A DNA stretch of 37,096 nt from Octopus bimaculoides (lineage: Eukaryota). This document shows positions 22,834 to 34,939 of the stretch, piece after piece. A model generated the notes under the pieces. That model made no database searches. It was not told where the DNA came from and saw nothing but the letters and a program-made list of their open reading frames with translations. Within the stretch, counting starts at the first letter, position 1, and every line of letters starts with the position of its first letter. The stretch spans positions 19,747,621 to 19,784,716 of the forward strand of contig NC_068985.1 in NCBI RefSeq assembly GCF_001194135.2, written 5' to 3'. A program made the position numbers and the translations under genes.

Positions 22834-22975
22834 GGCATGGGTTGGATGGTTTGACTGAGGACTGGCAGGCCAGATGGCTGCACCAGGCTCCAATCTGATC
22901 TGGCAGAGTTTCAGATTGGAGCCTGGTGCAGCCATCTGGCTCGCCAGTCCTCAGTCAAACCATCCAACCCATGCC
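22834..22975. repeat. Near-perfect inverted repeat (65-bp arms, 12-bp spacer) derived from a family E SINE tail
   Basis: Left arm 22834-22898 and right arm 22911-22975 are reverse complements apart from two adjacent mismatches. Confidence 0.95.
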
Positions 22976-24986
22976 AAACTTTCTTATTTTCTCACACTAG
23001 TTTCAGAGGCTACTACCTTCCTCATTTATCTAAGCCATAAAAAATAAAATAAATTTATGATTGTATGTTTGATAATAAAACCAGGAAATAACAATAAAAT
23101 CTTTTTTTGAGATAATTGACTCCTTAGCTCCAATTTCTAAACACAGTGTGTTATGGAGCTTTTATTTACTTGCAGTTGTTTGAAACAGTAAGATATTAAT
23201 AGATTATAGAATTTGTGTTAAAACAATGTATAGTGTTAAAATAATTATAAAGAAACTAGATGTAGGTTCTGGGTTTGAATCATCTGGAGGAGGTGATCTT
23301 GTGTCAGATATGGTATGCCGAAGAAACTAATAATAATTAGTATGGTGGCTGATTGAATTGCTGGAATCATACTGTGGTTATAGATTTTCTAAATAATCCT
23401 GAAATCGGATTAGCATATCCTATAAAACAGTAGGTTATTAAGAACCACTGAAGATTTATCCTTATCTCAAGTATCTCAAGTTAACATAAAGATGATCGTC
23501 TTTTGTCAAGATATACCCTGAGAAGATTTGTGCTTAGCAACAATATCTAATGATACTTTCATTGATTAAGAAGTGCTCTACCACTTTCTTTAGTGAATAT
23601 ATATCTTATGGAATATATTTACAATTATGTGAATTTGGCCATTAAGTGTTAAGGGGCTTTAGAACATATAGCTTAGTATATAATGAACAAAACTGAGCAA
23701 TTGAACTGTCACATAGTTGTAACTCTCTTTACCTATGGAAGCAGATATTACCTATGTAAACAGAGAAAGAAAATCTGTTATAACATGAAAATACTTGTTT
23801 TTAGATTGCTCTAATTATGCTAGTAAGATAGCTTTTGCAAAAGAAAAAAGTATTAGTTGAAAATGGTTGGAGACAGATCTCTTGCCTTAGAATTAATTAT
23901 TTATCAAGCAAGTCACATGATATCAGTTTAGATTATATGCACCATTAATTTGTCCCTAGCAGCATATATAATCAAAATATAATATTATCTTTAGAGAGGA
24001 TTAACATTTATTGCATTAGTGCTGTGCATGGTGGTGGAGGAACTCAGATGAAGACATTCAACCACTTGTCAGATTCCCATGACAGTCATGAAATGATTCC
24101 ACCACCAACTCTTCCTTTTAGATGGAGAAAATAGATATCAAATAACAATCACCTTTAGAAATTCCCTCCTTCCTCTCAGATACAAAATTATAGAGTTACT
24201 ACCATTAATGTTTCTGTAATGAAAATTAGGCATGGAGAGATTGTAGAGATGCTGGACTGGAAGCAAGTAGAAGTGTGTTGTGTATAGAGGGTAAGGTGGA
24301 TTGGAGCTTCAGACAGATTCCTCAGAAGTAAAGAGCAGAGGTACAAATTCTTATGAGTGGTTAACAGTATTGGGGTGTCTAGATTCAAATCAAGGAAGTG
24401 CAATAATAATGTTTAGCAGTTCAAAACTGAGTAGTGAAATGCAGAGTTAGGTCGGCTGATCATGAGAATCAAATATTGATCCCTTTGCTAAAAACTGCAG
24501 CTGGTATGGGTTATTTCCCTTGGGTTGTTTAAATAAAATATTAGTAATATGTAGTAGATAGAAGGCTCCATTGGAGGGGCCCTATTATCGATTTTTTTTT
24601 CAACAATCTAAGTATGTCATGAGATTTCCAAACATGAGTTCTACTCACATGTCAAAGTATAAAAGTGATATTGTGTACAAAAATTAGAAATTGGACACAC
24701 AAAAAATCAATATTCAAAGTAATTGAACATAAACAATGAAACCTGTAAAATATTTCTAAATTCGATGCCTCAATTAGTTTCATGAAAATGTTGTATAAAC
24801 TGTAAATAAGCAATAAATATTATGATTTGTAAAATAAGTATAAGTGATACAGGGTGTCCCAACTGAATGTGGTGTGGAGGTTTGGTTTCATTTTTAAAGA
24901 ATTTTAAGCATTAAGCAAGAATNNNNNNNNNNNNNNNNNNNNNNNNNNNNNNNNNNNNNNNNNNNNNNNNNNNNNNNNNNNNNNNN

Positions 24987-25030
<44 letters not shown>

Positions 25031-25184
25031 TGTATATAGGTATGTGTATATCTTACCACAATGGGACAAAGCTATGTAAATTGTGTATGGCAGAAAGATA
25101 TATCATCGTAATGAACTCACATGAACCAGGAGGCCACCTGAACTCCAGGATGGAAGTGCTGGGGCATCTCACATTTATACAACA

Positions 25185-25720
25185 TCATCATCCTCATTGT
25201 CATTTAACGCCTGCCTTCCATACTAGCACGTGTGAGTCATTTTCACAAGAGCCTGCCAGGCACAATGCCTGTACCAGACGTCTGTGACTATTTTGGCAGG
25301 ACTTTTACAGCTGAATGATCTTCCTAACACCAACCACTCAGCAGAGTAAACTTAGTGCTTCTTACATGGCACAGGTGAAGTGAATAATGCTTTTTACGTG
25401 GCACAAGCACAGGTGAAGTCAGTTTTGGCAAGTTCTTTACAGCTGGATGTCCTTCTGAACACGAACCATTTTACATTGTGGACTGTGTGCTTTTAAGGGG
25501 CACCTGCACTGACAGGGTCACCAAGTACTTGCAAGACAAAAAAAAAAAACTTCCAAGAGAGGAAGGAGCACTGGAGGAGGTGATCTTGTGTCAGATGATG
25601 AAAGGTACCTGTACTGACAGGGTCAACAATTACTTGCAAGACAAAGGTAAAAAAAGAACCTTTCAAGAGGGTAGGTGGCATTGGAGTGGGTGATCTTGTG
25701 TTGGATGATGAAATGTTATA
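25185..25720 (-). mobile_element. SINE family E region with a ~105-bp internal tandem duplication
   Basis: CATCATCAT...TTTAACGCC...CTTCCATACTAGCA tail. Duplicated unit ACCTG(C/T)ACTGACAGGGTCA...GTGATCTTGTGT...GATGATGAAA starts at 25501 and 25606. Confidence 0.6.
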
Positions 25721-27719
25721 GTGAGACAGAGAGACAGAAAGAGGTGTCTTGCTTTAGAGGAGGTACAAGGTTACCCATTGGAGAGTGAGAGGGAGAGAGA
25801 GAGAGATATCAGGAATGAAGACAGAAACAGATGTGCGACCACAAAGGAAATACATGGTTACCCAACCTGAGGGAAGTGCAGGAGAAGGGGAGAGAGAGTG
25901 GGAGACAGCAGGATAGAGATGGTGGCAAAAATCTGGGTATACTCACAAGGAATGAGGACCAGAATATAAATGGGATGATTGAGTAAAGGAAGAGAGAGAT
26001 ATAGATGGTGGCAGGTGCCAGGGCATACCCTTGAGGTTTGAATGTCATAATATAAGTGGCAGGATATTGCGAAGGATGTGTGATTAAAGAGTGCAGTTGT
26101 GGGGGTGTGAGTAGCGAAAACCTGGGTGCATATAGAGTCGGGTGTGGGTGTGCTACCGGATAGCAATGATACTGAGGAACCGGGCTGTGAGGACAGGATT
26201 AGGGAGTGAGAGTTTCTACCCTCACACCCTGTCTCACTGTATTACTGCTATCTGCTAGCCCTCAACCTGTGTGTTCCACCCACACATAACAAGAAAACAT
26301 TTCACTCACCCTACCCCTACAAACCAATCTACATCTCCACATCTCTTCCTCACATTTCCTCCTTCATACATTATACAACACTTTTCATTTATTATTAAGT
26401 GCATAATCCTTAGTGTTTTTTACTTGTTGCAATATTCTTGTTGTTCCAGGTCTTATTCATGTTTACTAACTGTGCTATTGTCTTTGCAATTCATCTCTTT
26501 ATCATGGTTTCACATGCTTCATTTTTGCTTTAGAGAGCCCATATAATCAAGTATGTCCACTGATCTAGCTGGATGTCATCGATTTGGACTGTATTTATAC
26601 TGGTGTCATTATTTGTCCTGCATCAAGTTCCCTCATTATTATGACCCAACTTTTTTTTTCACTTATTTCAATAATGTATCAGTCATGTCATAAGTATTTT
26701 TTTCCCAGTCTGTATTTTGGGACTTGGAAGATAGTTGTTTAATCACTTAAAAAAATATTGCATTTATTGTTTTTATTTTTTAATTAAATTTGATCCAAGA
26801 TAACATGAGTAATTAGTAGGTTTAACTCTTATCTCTTATAATAATGTTTTGCTTATGAGTAATTAATGAAAATTTAAGATCTCATATTAAGGAAGACAGA
26901 TCTTTGATGAAACAGATTTATGAAATGAACAAAGCAAAAAAAAAAGAATCTAATTTAGACTTAATCTCCAAAAGGAGTCTCTTTAAAGATTCATTGTCAG
27001 GAATGAGCAAATGAAATAGAGGATTAACAGTTTTAATTATCTTTCTAATGTTACCTGAAATATTTTGATTAGAAATCTCCATCTCTGTTGTATTGATGAA
27101 AACTGTAGCCAAATGATTTTTACCCTCGTTTTTAAATATAGTTTCATAATAAATGTTTAATTTTTCGTCTTACTCTTTTCATATCACATTTCCTTTATAT
27201 TAATTAGCATTGGGAAGAGTTAAACACAATGTATAGACTTTTTTTTTTTAGAGTTCATCTTTCACTGATTCAATCTTATTAAAAATGAATTCACTAGAGA
27301 AGGAATATTGTTGCTAGAGAATGAATAATGTGATTTTTCTTGATAAAACTAACTTATTCTTGTTTGAAAATAATTAAACTGAAGCTGTAAGTGTGTATGT
27401 TATAAATGTATGAATTACAGTGAGGTCTGGTATATTATGTCTTCTGTTAAATAAATTCCAGATGGATAATGATAAATGAATTCAAAGACATGTTGCAATT
27501 GACTGCAAAGGAATATTTATTACTATTGCTAAAATTTGATTCGACAAACTGGTTGGACATTATATTTGTCTAAACATTATATAGATTTAAATGTTCATAA
27601 AAATGAATATATAAAGGTAAGAGAAAAACCTGAAATACAGCATTACAAAAATTCTGGTTACTTCTATTGTTAAGCATAATGTCAAGGTTTCTGGTTTGAA
27701 ATATGTTCAAACTGAAAAC

Positions 27720-29030
27720 TGCAAAATGAAATCAAGATTGTTTTCACATCAAGGTCCGAAGGTCACTCATAGCTAAACTGTCCTCCCTAGAGACTTAGTA
27801 GGCCAAAACTTCCCTTTTATAACTGATGAAAAGACGCTAGGCTAGTCCATCACATTAAAGATGTCCTGTCATTTATTTTTGATCTCCCTCTCTATGTTGA
27901 TGTATCCCAAGGTATGATTGTTTTGACATTCTTGGAGACCTTTTCTTATGTATGCCGATACTATCTCTTTTCTGTTGGCATTTCACAATGCTGGTATAGC
28001 TTCCAGTATATACAAGTCCCAACTCTGTCACACCTGTGGATGTATTCTTTCTTGGCTAGACAGCCAGGAACAACGTAGTAATTATTCCTTCTCCTCATAT
28101 TCTTCATTATATACTTTAGATCAGGGGTTTTCAAACTTTTTGACTTGCAGACCCCTTTATATTTTAAGCTTTACCTTAGGGACCCCCTTATGAACACTTA
28201 TGAAATTTATACATAAATATTTGCTTAAAATAACATATATTTTTACATTTATTTATTTAACAGTATTTAACAAATAGGTTTATTGTCAATTAAAAGATTT
28301 CGATTAAAAAACATATAAAATCAAATTGCCCATAAAAAGTATTTGCTGTCTACGGACCCCCTGTCTTGTCCTTGCAGACCACAGTTTGAAAACCCCTGCT
28401 TTAGATGGTTTGTGGAGGGAGTGAAGTTTTGATCCTGTACCTCAATAAAGAACCCTTCACTCTCTGTTTTAACTCCTACTCTTCTCAACAAGTGTTGAGA
28501 TTTTACTTTCCTACTTTCCCTTTGTTCAGCTTTTTTCTTGGTCTGGCCTTGTAGAAGCTTTTCTTGCTGTTTATCATGATTTCCTGTAGTTCCAAGTTTA
28601 TTTAGATTTTAGCAAGCACTTATCCAGCAGTTCTGCTGCCCTTTCACTAAACCCTCTCAGCTTCCTCATCCAATAACCTTGGACACCATCTTGATCTGGG
28701 CTCTTCCAATTTGGAATTTTACATATCTGTTCTTTTTTATCTTTTCTCTAGTTATTTTTATGTTGTCTTGACCTTGTATATTTCTTAACTTATCTTGAAT
28801 TTCCTGCAGCCACTCCACGTTACCATTATGCATTACAGGTTGATCCCAAATTCCACCCTAAAAGGCTTTGCTTTCTTCTGTCTCAGGTACCAATGTTAGG
28901 TGCGACTGCCCATCTAGTTTTCTTCAAATAGTTTTTTTCTGATTGGCTTCAAATAATCTGTTCTGCCTGAATTATTTTGTTCTATTGTCATAGCTTTCCA
29001 GTTTTGCCTTGATTGCTACTGCTCTTTGTT
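27720..29030 (-). mobile_element. R4/Dong-type RLE non-LTR retrotransposon remnant B (internally deleted, MITE-interrupted)
   Basis: Minus strand gives FRQNRLFEANQKKLFEE, IWDQPVMHNGNVEWLQEI, QGYWMRKL, VKTESEGFFIEVQDQN, and, beyond the MITE, GCLAKKEYIHRCDRVGTCIYWKL. These are the pre-RT, post-RT and RHD-region motifs of R4/Dong-like ORFs in order; the RT core is deleted. Confidence 0.7.
28122..28398. mobile_element. hAT-superfamily MITE, 277 bp, with perfect 16-bp TIRs and 8-bp TSD
   Basis: CAGGGGTTTTCAAACT (28122-28137) and AGTTTGAAAACCCCTG (28383-28398). CTTTAGAT flanks both sides (28114-28121, 28399-28406). Confidence 0.95.
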
Positions 29031-29069
29031 TCAATTCTTCCAATATTATCCAATATTAATCATACTCTT

Positions 29070-29120
<51 letters not shown>

Positions 29121-29136
29121 AACAACAACAACAACA

Positions 29137-29194
<58 letters not shown>

Positions 29195-29205
29195 TTGTTA
29201 TTATT
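29070..29205. repeat. (TAC)n-(AAC)n-(TAC)n microsatellite
   Basis: Direct sequence. Confidence 0.95.
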
Positions 29206-29935
29206 CATATACACACAACATATTAAACTGTTGGAAAAGTAAAATTCCTAAAATTGAGCTACAAGTAACCTTAGATGTCAAGAACCCTTCTAAGTATCCT
29301 ACCTGTCCCTAATAACACTGTTTTCTGGAGCTGTACTAAACTGGGTTTTGTGCCAATTTCCTCTATCCATCTGTTCAAATCTTTAGGGATAGTTCCTAAT
29401 GCACCTATAACTACAGGGATACATATTTCCTGCACTTTCCATAATCTCTGTAATTCAGTGGTTAGGTCCTGGTACTTTGCTGTTTTTTCTATACCTCTCG
29501 TATTGATTTTTCATTCATTTTGGTCAATTGTCTGGCACTTTCTATTCTCTTTGTCTACTACTCCTAAATAAGGCCTTCTAGCTTTTATTACACAGTCAGT
29601 CTGAATGTTGAAGTCCCACAACATCTTATATTTCTTACTTTCTAGTACTTTACTAGGTTCATGTTCATACCATTTCTCAGTATGGTCAAATCCTAGCTTT
29701 TTACATAATTCCCTGTGGATCACCCACCCTAGGTTGTCATCTCTTTTCTTGTATTCTATCCGTGCCAGCATGACACATTCACTTCCTAAATGAGTAACAC
29801 TTTCTTCTTTTGCTTTGCATAACCTACATTGGGAATCTACTTGGTTTTTGTCTATCTTGGCTTCTTTCCAATTAGTCCTTAATGCTTGATCTTGTGGGCT
29901 TTTATCCAGTTAGTCCTAAATGCTTGGGCTTTTAT
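29206..29935 (-). mobile_element. R4/Dong-type RLE non-LTR retrotransposon, 5'-truncated copy A
   Basis: Minus strand gives AQDQALRTNW...CRLCKAKEESVTHLGSEC (CCHC knuckle), YKKRDDNLG (RHD-like), LWDFNIQTD...ARRPYL (RPD-like), EKTAKY, IPVVIGALG and LQKTVLLGTGRILRRVL, ending in a stop at 29271-29273. Confidence 0.88.
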
Positions 29936-30769
29936 CTGATATATTATTATTATTATTGAGAGAGCAGCACATACCATCAAAGTGACACCACCACCATCAC
30001 CCCCCCCCCACTAATTTGACTGATATTTATCAACTTCAGAGTGGTGGTGGCGGCAGCGGTTGTTGCTGTTGTGGCGGTGCTGTTGTTGCTAATACTACTT
30101 AAATTACAATGAGTATGGCTTATTGTTGCAGTCACTAAAACAAATTTTATGTTCGATGCTTACCATTTGGATATGTTTAATAGAAATGCATATGTCCCAA
30201 TCAAGAGTGATTCAAAGTTTTTATTCCATATACATTAATTAACTTGCTTTGTATATTTTCATAATTGCAGAGAGCAGAAGCAGTTATCAAAATCTGATTT
30301 ATAATATGAAGCAAGTGATGCTTTTATCTAGACATTGCTCTCCTGTTTTTTCTTACATAGTGATTGCATCCAATAATTTTAAAATATATATCTTAACCCA
30401 TTACCTACCAGTGATCTCATATGAAATCACTTAAAAATTACAAATTTCGTAATTATCTGTCAATATTTACACATATCTAACCTTTTTGCTATATCTACTA
30501 GGTATATTTCTCTGATATTCAAATGAGGTTTGCTAATTTTTCACCCAGTATCTCGCTTATTTCTATTTAAAATGTCATTTTGAAATGTTATTTTGATCAT
30601 TCCAGTGTGTTTCTAAGACTGTTTTATGCTAGAAATCAAAGTTTCATAAAAAAATTCCAGTTAATAGAATTATGGGAGGTAATGGGTTAAGATTCAAGAA
30701 AAGAAAAGCACTTTTGATTTTGAATATCATTAACAAGAAAGAAACTATTTACTTTTTGTTATATTCCAG

Positions 30770-31006
30770 GTTTTTCTTCAGAAAATGAAATGATAGATTA
30801 TTTGGTGTCTCGTGGATCTTTCTATTACAATGGTGGCATTGTCTTTGAAAACAAGTCTTCAAGTTCCATTTTTGATGTCATGTTGAAGATAAGGCTTCCT
30901 ACGATTTTATCTAAAAAACAAGTCACATGGAGTACTGATCGCATGTTTCCATTGTTCCAAACATTTCAACCAAGACAGAAAGGATCTGTCTGTGGATCAA
31001 GACCAA
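30770..31006 (+). CDS. ABCA3: ABCA3-like, second coding exon (extracellular domain 1)
   Basis: Acceptor TTCCAG at 30769 and donor GTAAGG at 31007. Phase 1/1 joins to give GFSSENEMIDY...GGIVFE...WSTDRMFPLFQTFQPR...GSRP, parallel to the ABCA3 GFxSExxxxDY and WxTxxLFP...PR motifs. Confidence 0.9.
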
Positions 31007-31209
31007 GTAAGGCTTAATAACAGTTTTAGGTTTCATGTGTGTCTAATTGATTTGGCTTATTTATTGATTAAGCACATAAGTATCATATGTTTATAATGTA
31101 TTAATGATGTCTGATAGTAATATTTTTATAATGTTTATCTTTTTTTATTTGGTTGGTCTGAAGAAAAAGGCTGTGCTCATGTCTATTACAAGCCTCCTAA
31201 GATGAGTGA

Positions 31210-31750
31210 GACTGATGTAGTTAACATTTGTCTTGAACAGATGCATGTCAACAGCTGCAGGAATTCCAACAGGACAACATTTTGGGAAAGAAGAAAGGAC
31301 TGCAAATTTATATGCTTGGGTGGACAGGGACACTTGTAGGAAAAGGAAAGACAAGTGAGATAGAAGTGTCTGAATGAAGGTGGCACATGAGCAGTCAACT
31401 GTTGGGACAAAGATGACTTTCACAATGGTAGAAACAGCAGAAGGTAGAAACATTACATCTGTGGGCCAGAGGTTGGAGAGTTGTTGATTTGCAACTTCAT
31501 ATCAATCAGTTTTGCTGCATACGTGGTAGATGGCAGTCCATCTTTGTATCACTGTGAATGGGTTTTGATGTTCTATTTGATAGGTGATGAGTATTGTAAT
31601 CAACTGGTCAATCGAACTCACATCAAAGATTTTACTTCCTCTTGAGGGCCAGATAATACATCAGCTTTGATCAGTTGTTGAACTTCTACAAAGCTTGAGT
31701 GCAATCCATCTTGGAGTGCTACTCATATTTATAGAACAGTGCAGTTATAT
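31210..31750 (-). mobile_element. Degenerate CR1/L2-type LINE 3' remnant
   Basis: Minus strand mixed frames give LQPLAHRCNVSTFCCFYH and FFFPKMLSCWNS...FKTNVN, a decayed version of the LxHRR...F(Y)...SFFP...WNSLP...FK C-terminal pattern. Confidence 0.45.
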
Positions 31751-32378
31751 TTTAAAGCCTATCCACAAGAAAGCCTTTTCTCTGTCTCTTCCACCCATAC
31801 TATAATGCTTTTTGCTCACATGAACTAGTAAACTGTATACTACTACCCAACTTAACCAGTGTACCTGTTTCTCCTCTTGTAATCACACCTGAAATCCTAT
31901 GCCAAATACTGCATAATCATTTCTTGCCAGAGCTGCAAAACTAGAAATCTTCTTGCTGTCTGTATCTGCAGATATTGATTTGTGAGAGTTCAAACTGAAC
32001 ACCAAAGGCTGTTGGCACTGTTCCTCCTCAGACTGATTAATTAAAAAAAAAAAAAAAAANNNNNNNNNNAAAAAAAACGCTTTTATGCTTCATTTCTATT
32101 GTTGGCACTTAATTTATGTTACTAGCAAAGACACCTATTTGTAAATGATTCAAGAATAGCAAGGCACTTAAAATATCCAGTCTAGTGAAGCTTGCTTGCT
32201 ATTCTGCTCTGAGGAAACATTTATAGGATTGGTTTGCTTCTTATAAGAGGTTGAATGAACATTAGTAATAATAACTAATCACTGAACCTTATTAATCTTC
32301 TCAAATATATAATATGAAAGTTTGTCTAACTTCAACCCGGAATTATTTCAAAAGCAAGCAAATTTAAATCATACAATA

Positions 32379-32438
32379 TATAATCATGCACCTAATCCCT
32401 ACTCATGAAACTTGTGCCGAAATTTGAAACCATCATCA

Positions 32439-32527
<89 letters not shown>

Positions 32528-32890
32528 GNNNNNNNNNNNNNNNNNNNNNNNNNNNNNNNNNNNNNNNNNNNNNNNNNNNNNNNNNNNNNNNNNNNNNNNN
32601 NNNNNNNNNNNNNNNNNNNNNNNNNNNNNNNNNNNNNNNNNNNNNNNNNNNNNNNNNNNNNNNNNNNNNNNNNNNNNNNNNNNNNNNNNNNNNNNNNNNN
32701 NNNNNNNNNNNNNNNNNNNNNNNNNNNNNNNNNNNNNNNNNNNNNNNNNNNNNNNNNNNNNNNNNNNNNNNNNNNNNNNNNNNNNNNNNNNNNNNNNNNN
32801 NNNNNNNNNNNNNNNNNNNNNNNNNNNNNNTATAATCATGCACCTAATCCCTACTCATGAAACTTGTGCCGAAATTTGAAACTATCATCA

Positions 32891-32930
<40 letters not shown>
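32379..32930. repeat. Duplicated ~55-bp sequence plus (ATT)/(GTT) microsatellite on both sides of an N-gap
   Basis: TATAATCATGCACCTAATCCCTACTCATGAAACTTGTGCCGAAATTTGAAAC starts at both 32379 and 32831. Confidence 0.9.
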
Positions 32931-32931
<1 letters not shown>

Positions 32932-33128
32932 GGGTGAGAGAGTAATGCATGCCATCAGAGTGACACTGGGGTACAAATATACGAAGCCCAATATACCCAT
33001 CATGGCTACCTGTCTGATAAGGGTACACCAGGCACATGCATCACACCCATATGTGTATGACATAGTGATCTCATATTAAGATAAACAGCGCATGACCTTG
33101 CAGGTGGGGGCCCAGTTAAAATTTTCTT
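32931..33128 (-). mobile_element. SINE-like family D with (TAA)n tail
   Basis: GAGAGAG...CATGCCATCAGAGTGACAC next to (ATT)n. A truncated copy of the same end with (ATT)n is at ~29941-29986. Confidence 0.55.
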
Positions 33129-33266
33129 CATGAATTGTAGTCATGGTCACTGCTGGTGCCATGTAAATGGCACCCTTGCATTGTAGTTGTGGTCATTACT
33201 GGTGCCATGTAAATGGTACCCATGAATTGTAGAAGTGGTTGTTGCTGGTGCGATGTAAATGGTACC
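33129..33266. repeat. Three tandem 46-bp units
   Basis: Units start at 33129, 33175 and 33221 and share ATTGTAG...CTGGTGC(C/G)ATGTAAATGG(C/T)ACC. Confidence 0.85.
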
Positions 33267-34939
33267 CATGACGGTGGCACATAAAAGCACCCATTACACT
33301 CCAGCTCATCAGCTCCAGTCAAACCATCTAACCTATGCCAGCATGGAGTGTGGACGTTATATAATGATAATGATGATGATTAATGACTGAGTTCAAATCC
33401 TACCAGTTGACTTCAGCATTGTATTTTATCCCACTAATGATCTGCTGGAAATATTTACTATTTATGATAAACAATGTTAATAATTTGTACCTGGGAGAAG
33501 TGAAAAACTGCTCTGTGAATGTAGAAAGCCATTTATGGGACATCATGTAGTATGTCCCTGTGGCCAAAGTTGTTTATGCAAATGTCTAAGGCCCACTGAT
33601 GAATTAAGCACCAAACAGTTGTTATTGGGTGAAACAGGGCAAATTATAGAACATTTGAGAAAGCCATATCTACTTCACACTGATTGGCCAGCTTACAAAT
33701 TTATCACATGAAAATATGGTGGGTCACTCATGATACCTAACCAGTTATCTAACAGTTAAGGTTCGAAACTCTGCTACACCATGATACTGAAAAGAAACAA
33801 ATCATACCTCTACAGCAAATGTTTCTTAGCTTACAGAAGGTGTTGACATAGCTACAATGTGCTGTTCAGGGTAGCCCTTGAGTCTGCACCCTCTCCAGGA
33901 CTCCAAGCCTATACAGCATTATACAGCAGACCCAAAACTGCTACCCCGTAAAAGCATTGCATAAAGCAGACATCCACCTTTCCCTCCCCTCTCCTAGTTA
34001 TACTACTGCAAGGAATTCTACTTTGTTTATTTGTGTTAGACAATAGTTAAGAATTCATTGCAACATCAACACAACATAAAAGTGATCTGTAAACAATAAA
34101 ACTTTTATTAGTAATAAAAAAGTGTTAATATTCAGTGATAAACCTCAATCAAATCTGATTTCTGACTTAATCTGTTACGGCTGTTGCACTTGAGTAGGCT
34201 CTGATGTTGATTTACTGTTGTTTAACCTAGCTAAACTCTGATCAAGCTATAATGAAAGGCATTCCTGTCATTACCCTATTGTCTTTTTGGCAGGGACTAA
34301 TGGACTCAGGGTCACATCATTCAATGTGTCCTCTTCTAAAATAGTGGAGGTGGTTGTGAGGGAGATTTGGTTGGTTACTATTTCTAACAGGTTGAATTAC
34401 TCATAGATTATGTTGACGCTCCATTGTTGGCTTTGTAGAAGCTCAGTAGAGACTCCTTCATTGGCTTGTTAAAGAAAGGCTCCTGTGTTGGTTAGCATGA
34501 AGTCATAAAAAAAAGAAAGAGGACCAAATACCTTTCCTGAGCAACAGAATCATAAGGCTGGTTCCTCGGATCCTGCGTTTACCAAATGAGTGGACTGGAG
34601 CAATGTGAAATGAACTGTTTTGCTCAAGAACACAACATAATGTTTGGTCCAAGAATTGAAACCACAATTTTATAATCATAAGTGCAACACTCTAAAACCT
34701 CTAAGCTATGTGTTTCCACGTATGAAGTAATTTGAAGTGTTATGGTGTGTATATACTTGTTAAAGCAGTAACCCCTTTATTTTGAATAGCTAATTTTTTT
34801 GCATCTCTGATATATGTTATAGTGCACTGAAGGTAACTTCTCAAAACTTATTAAGCTTTTTGAGATTTATTGTTCTTATAATTATTCCAATCTATTGAAT
34901 TTTTTTTTTTTTACTTATTTCTAATAATTATTTTTACAG

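Noticed and set aside
25760-26300. Purine/pyrimidine-skewed segment with 79-102 aa ORFs
   Set aside because: No recognisable domain. Probably an old repeat, but I cannot classify it.
31985-32035. CTGAGGA followed by a GAACA/TGTTC stem on the minus strand
   Set aside because: No GAAA after the stem, so the hammerhead core is incomplete.
33129-33266. CRISPR-like array
   Set aside because: Eukaryotic context, contiguous tandem units without unique spacers, and no cas genes.
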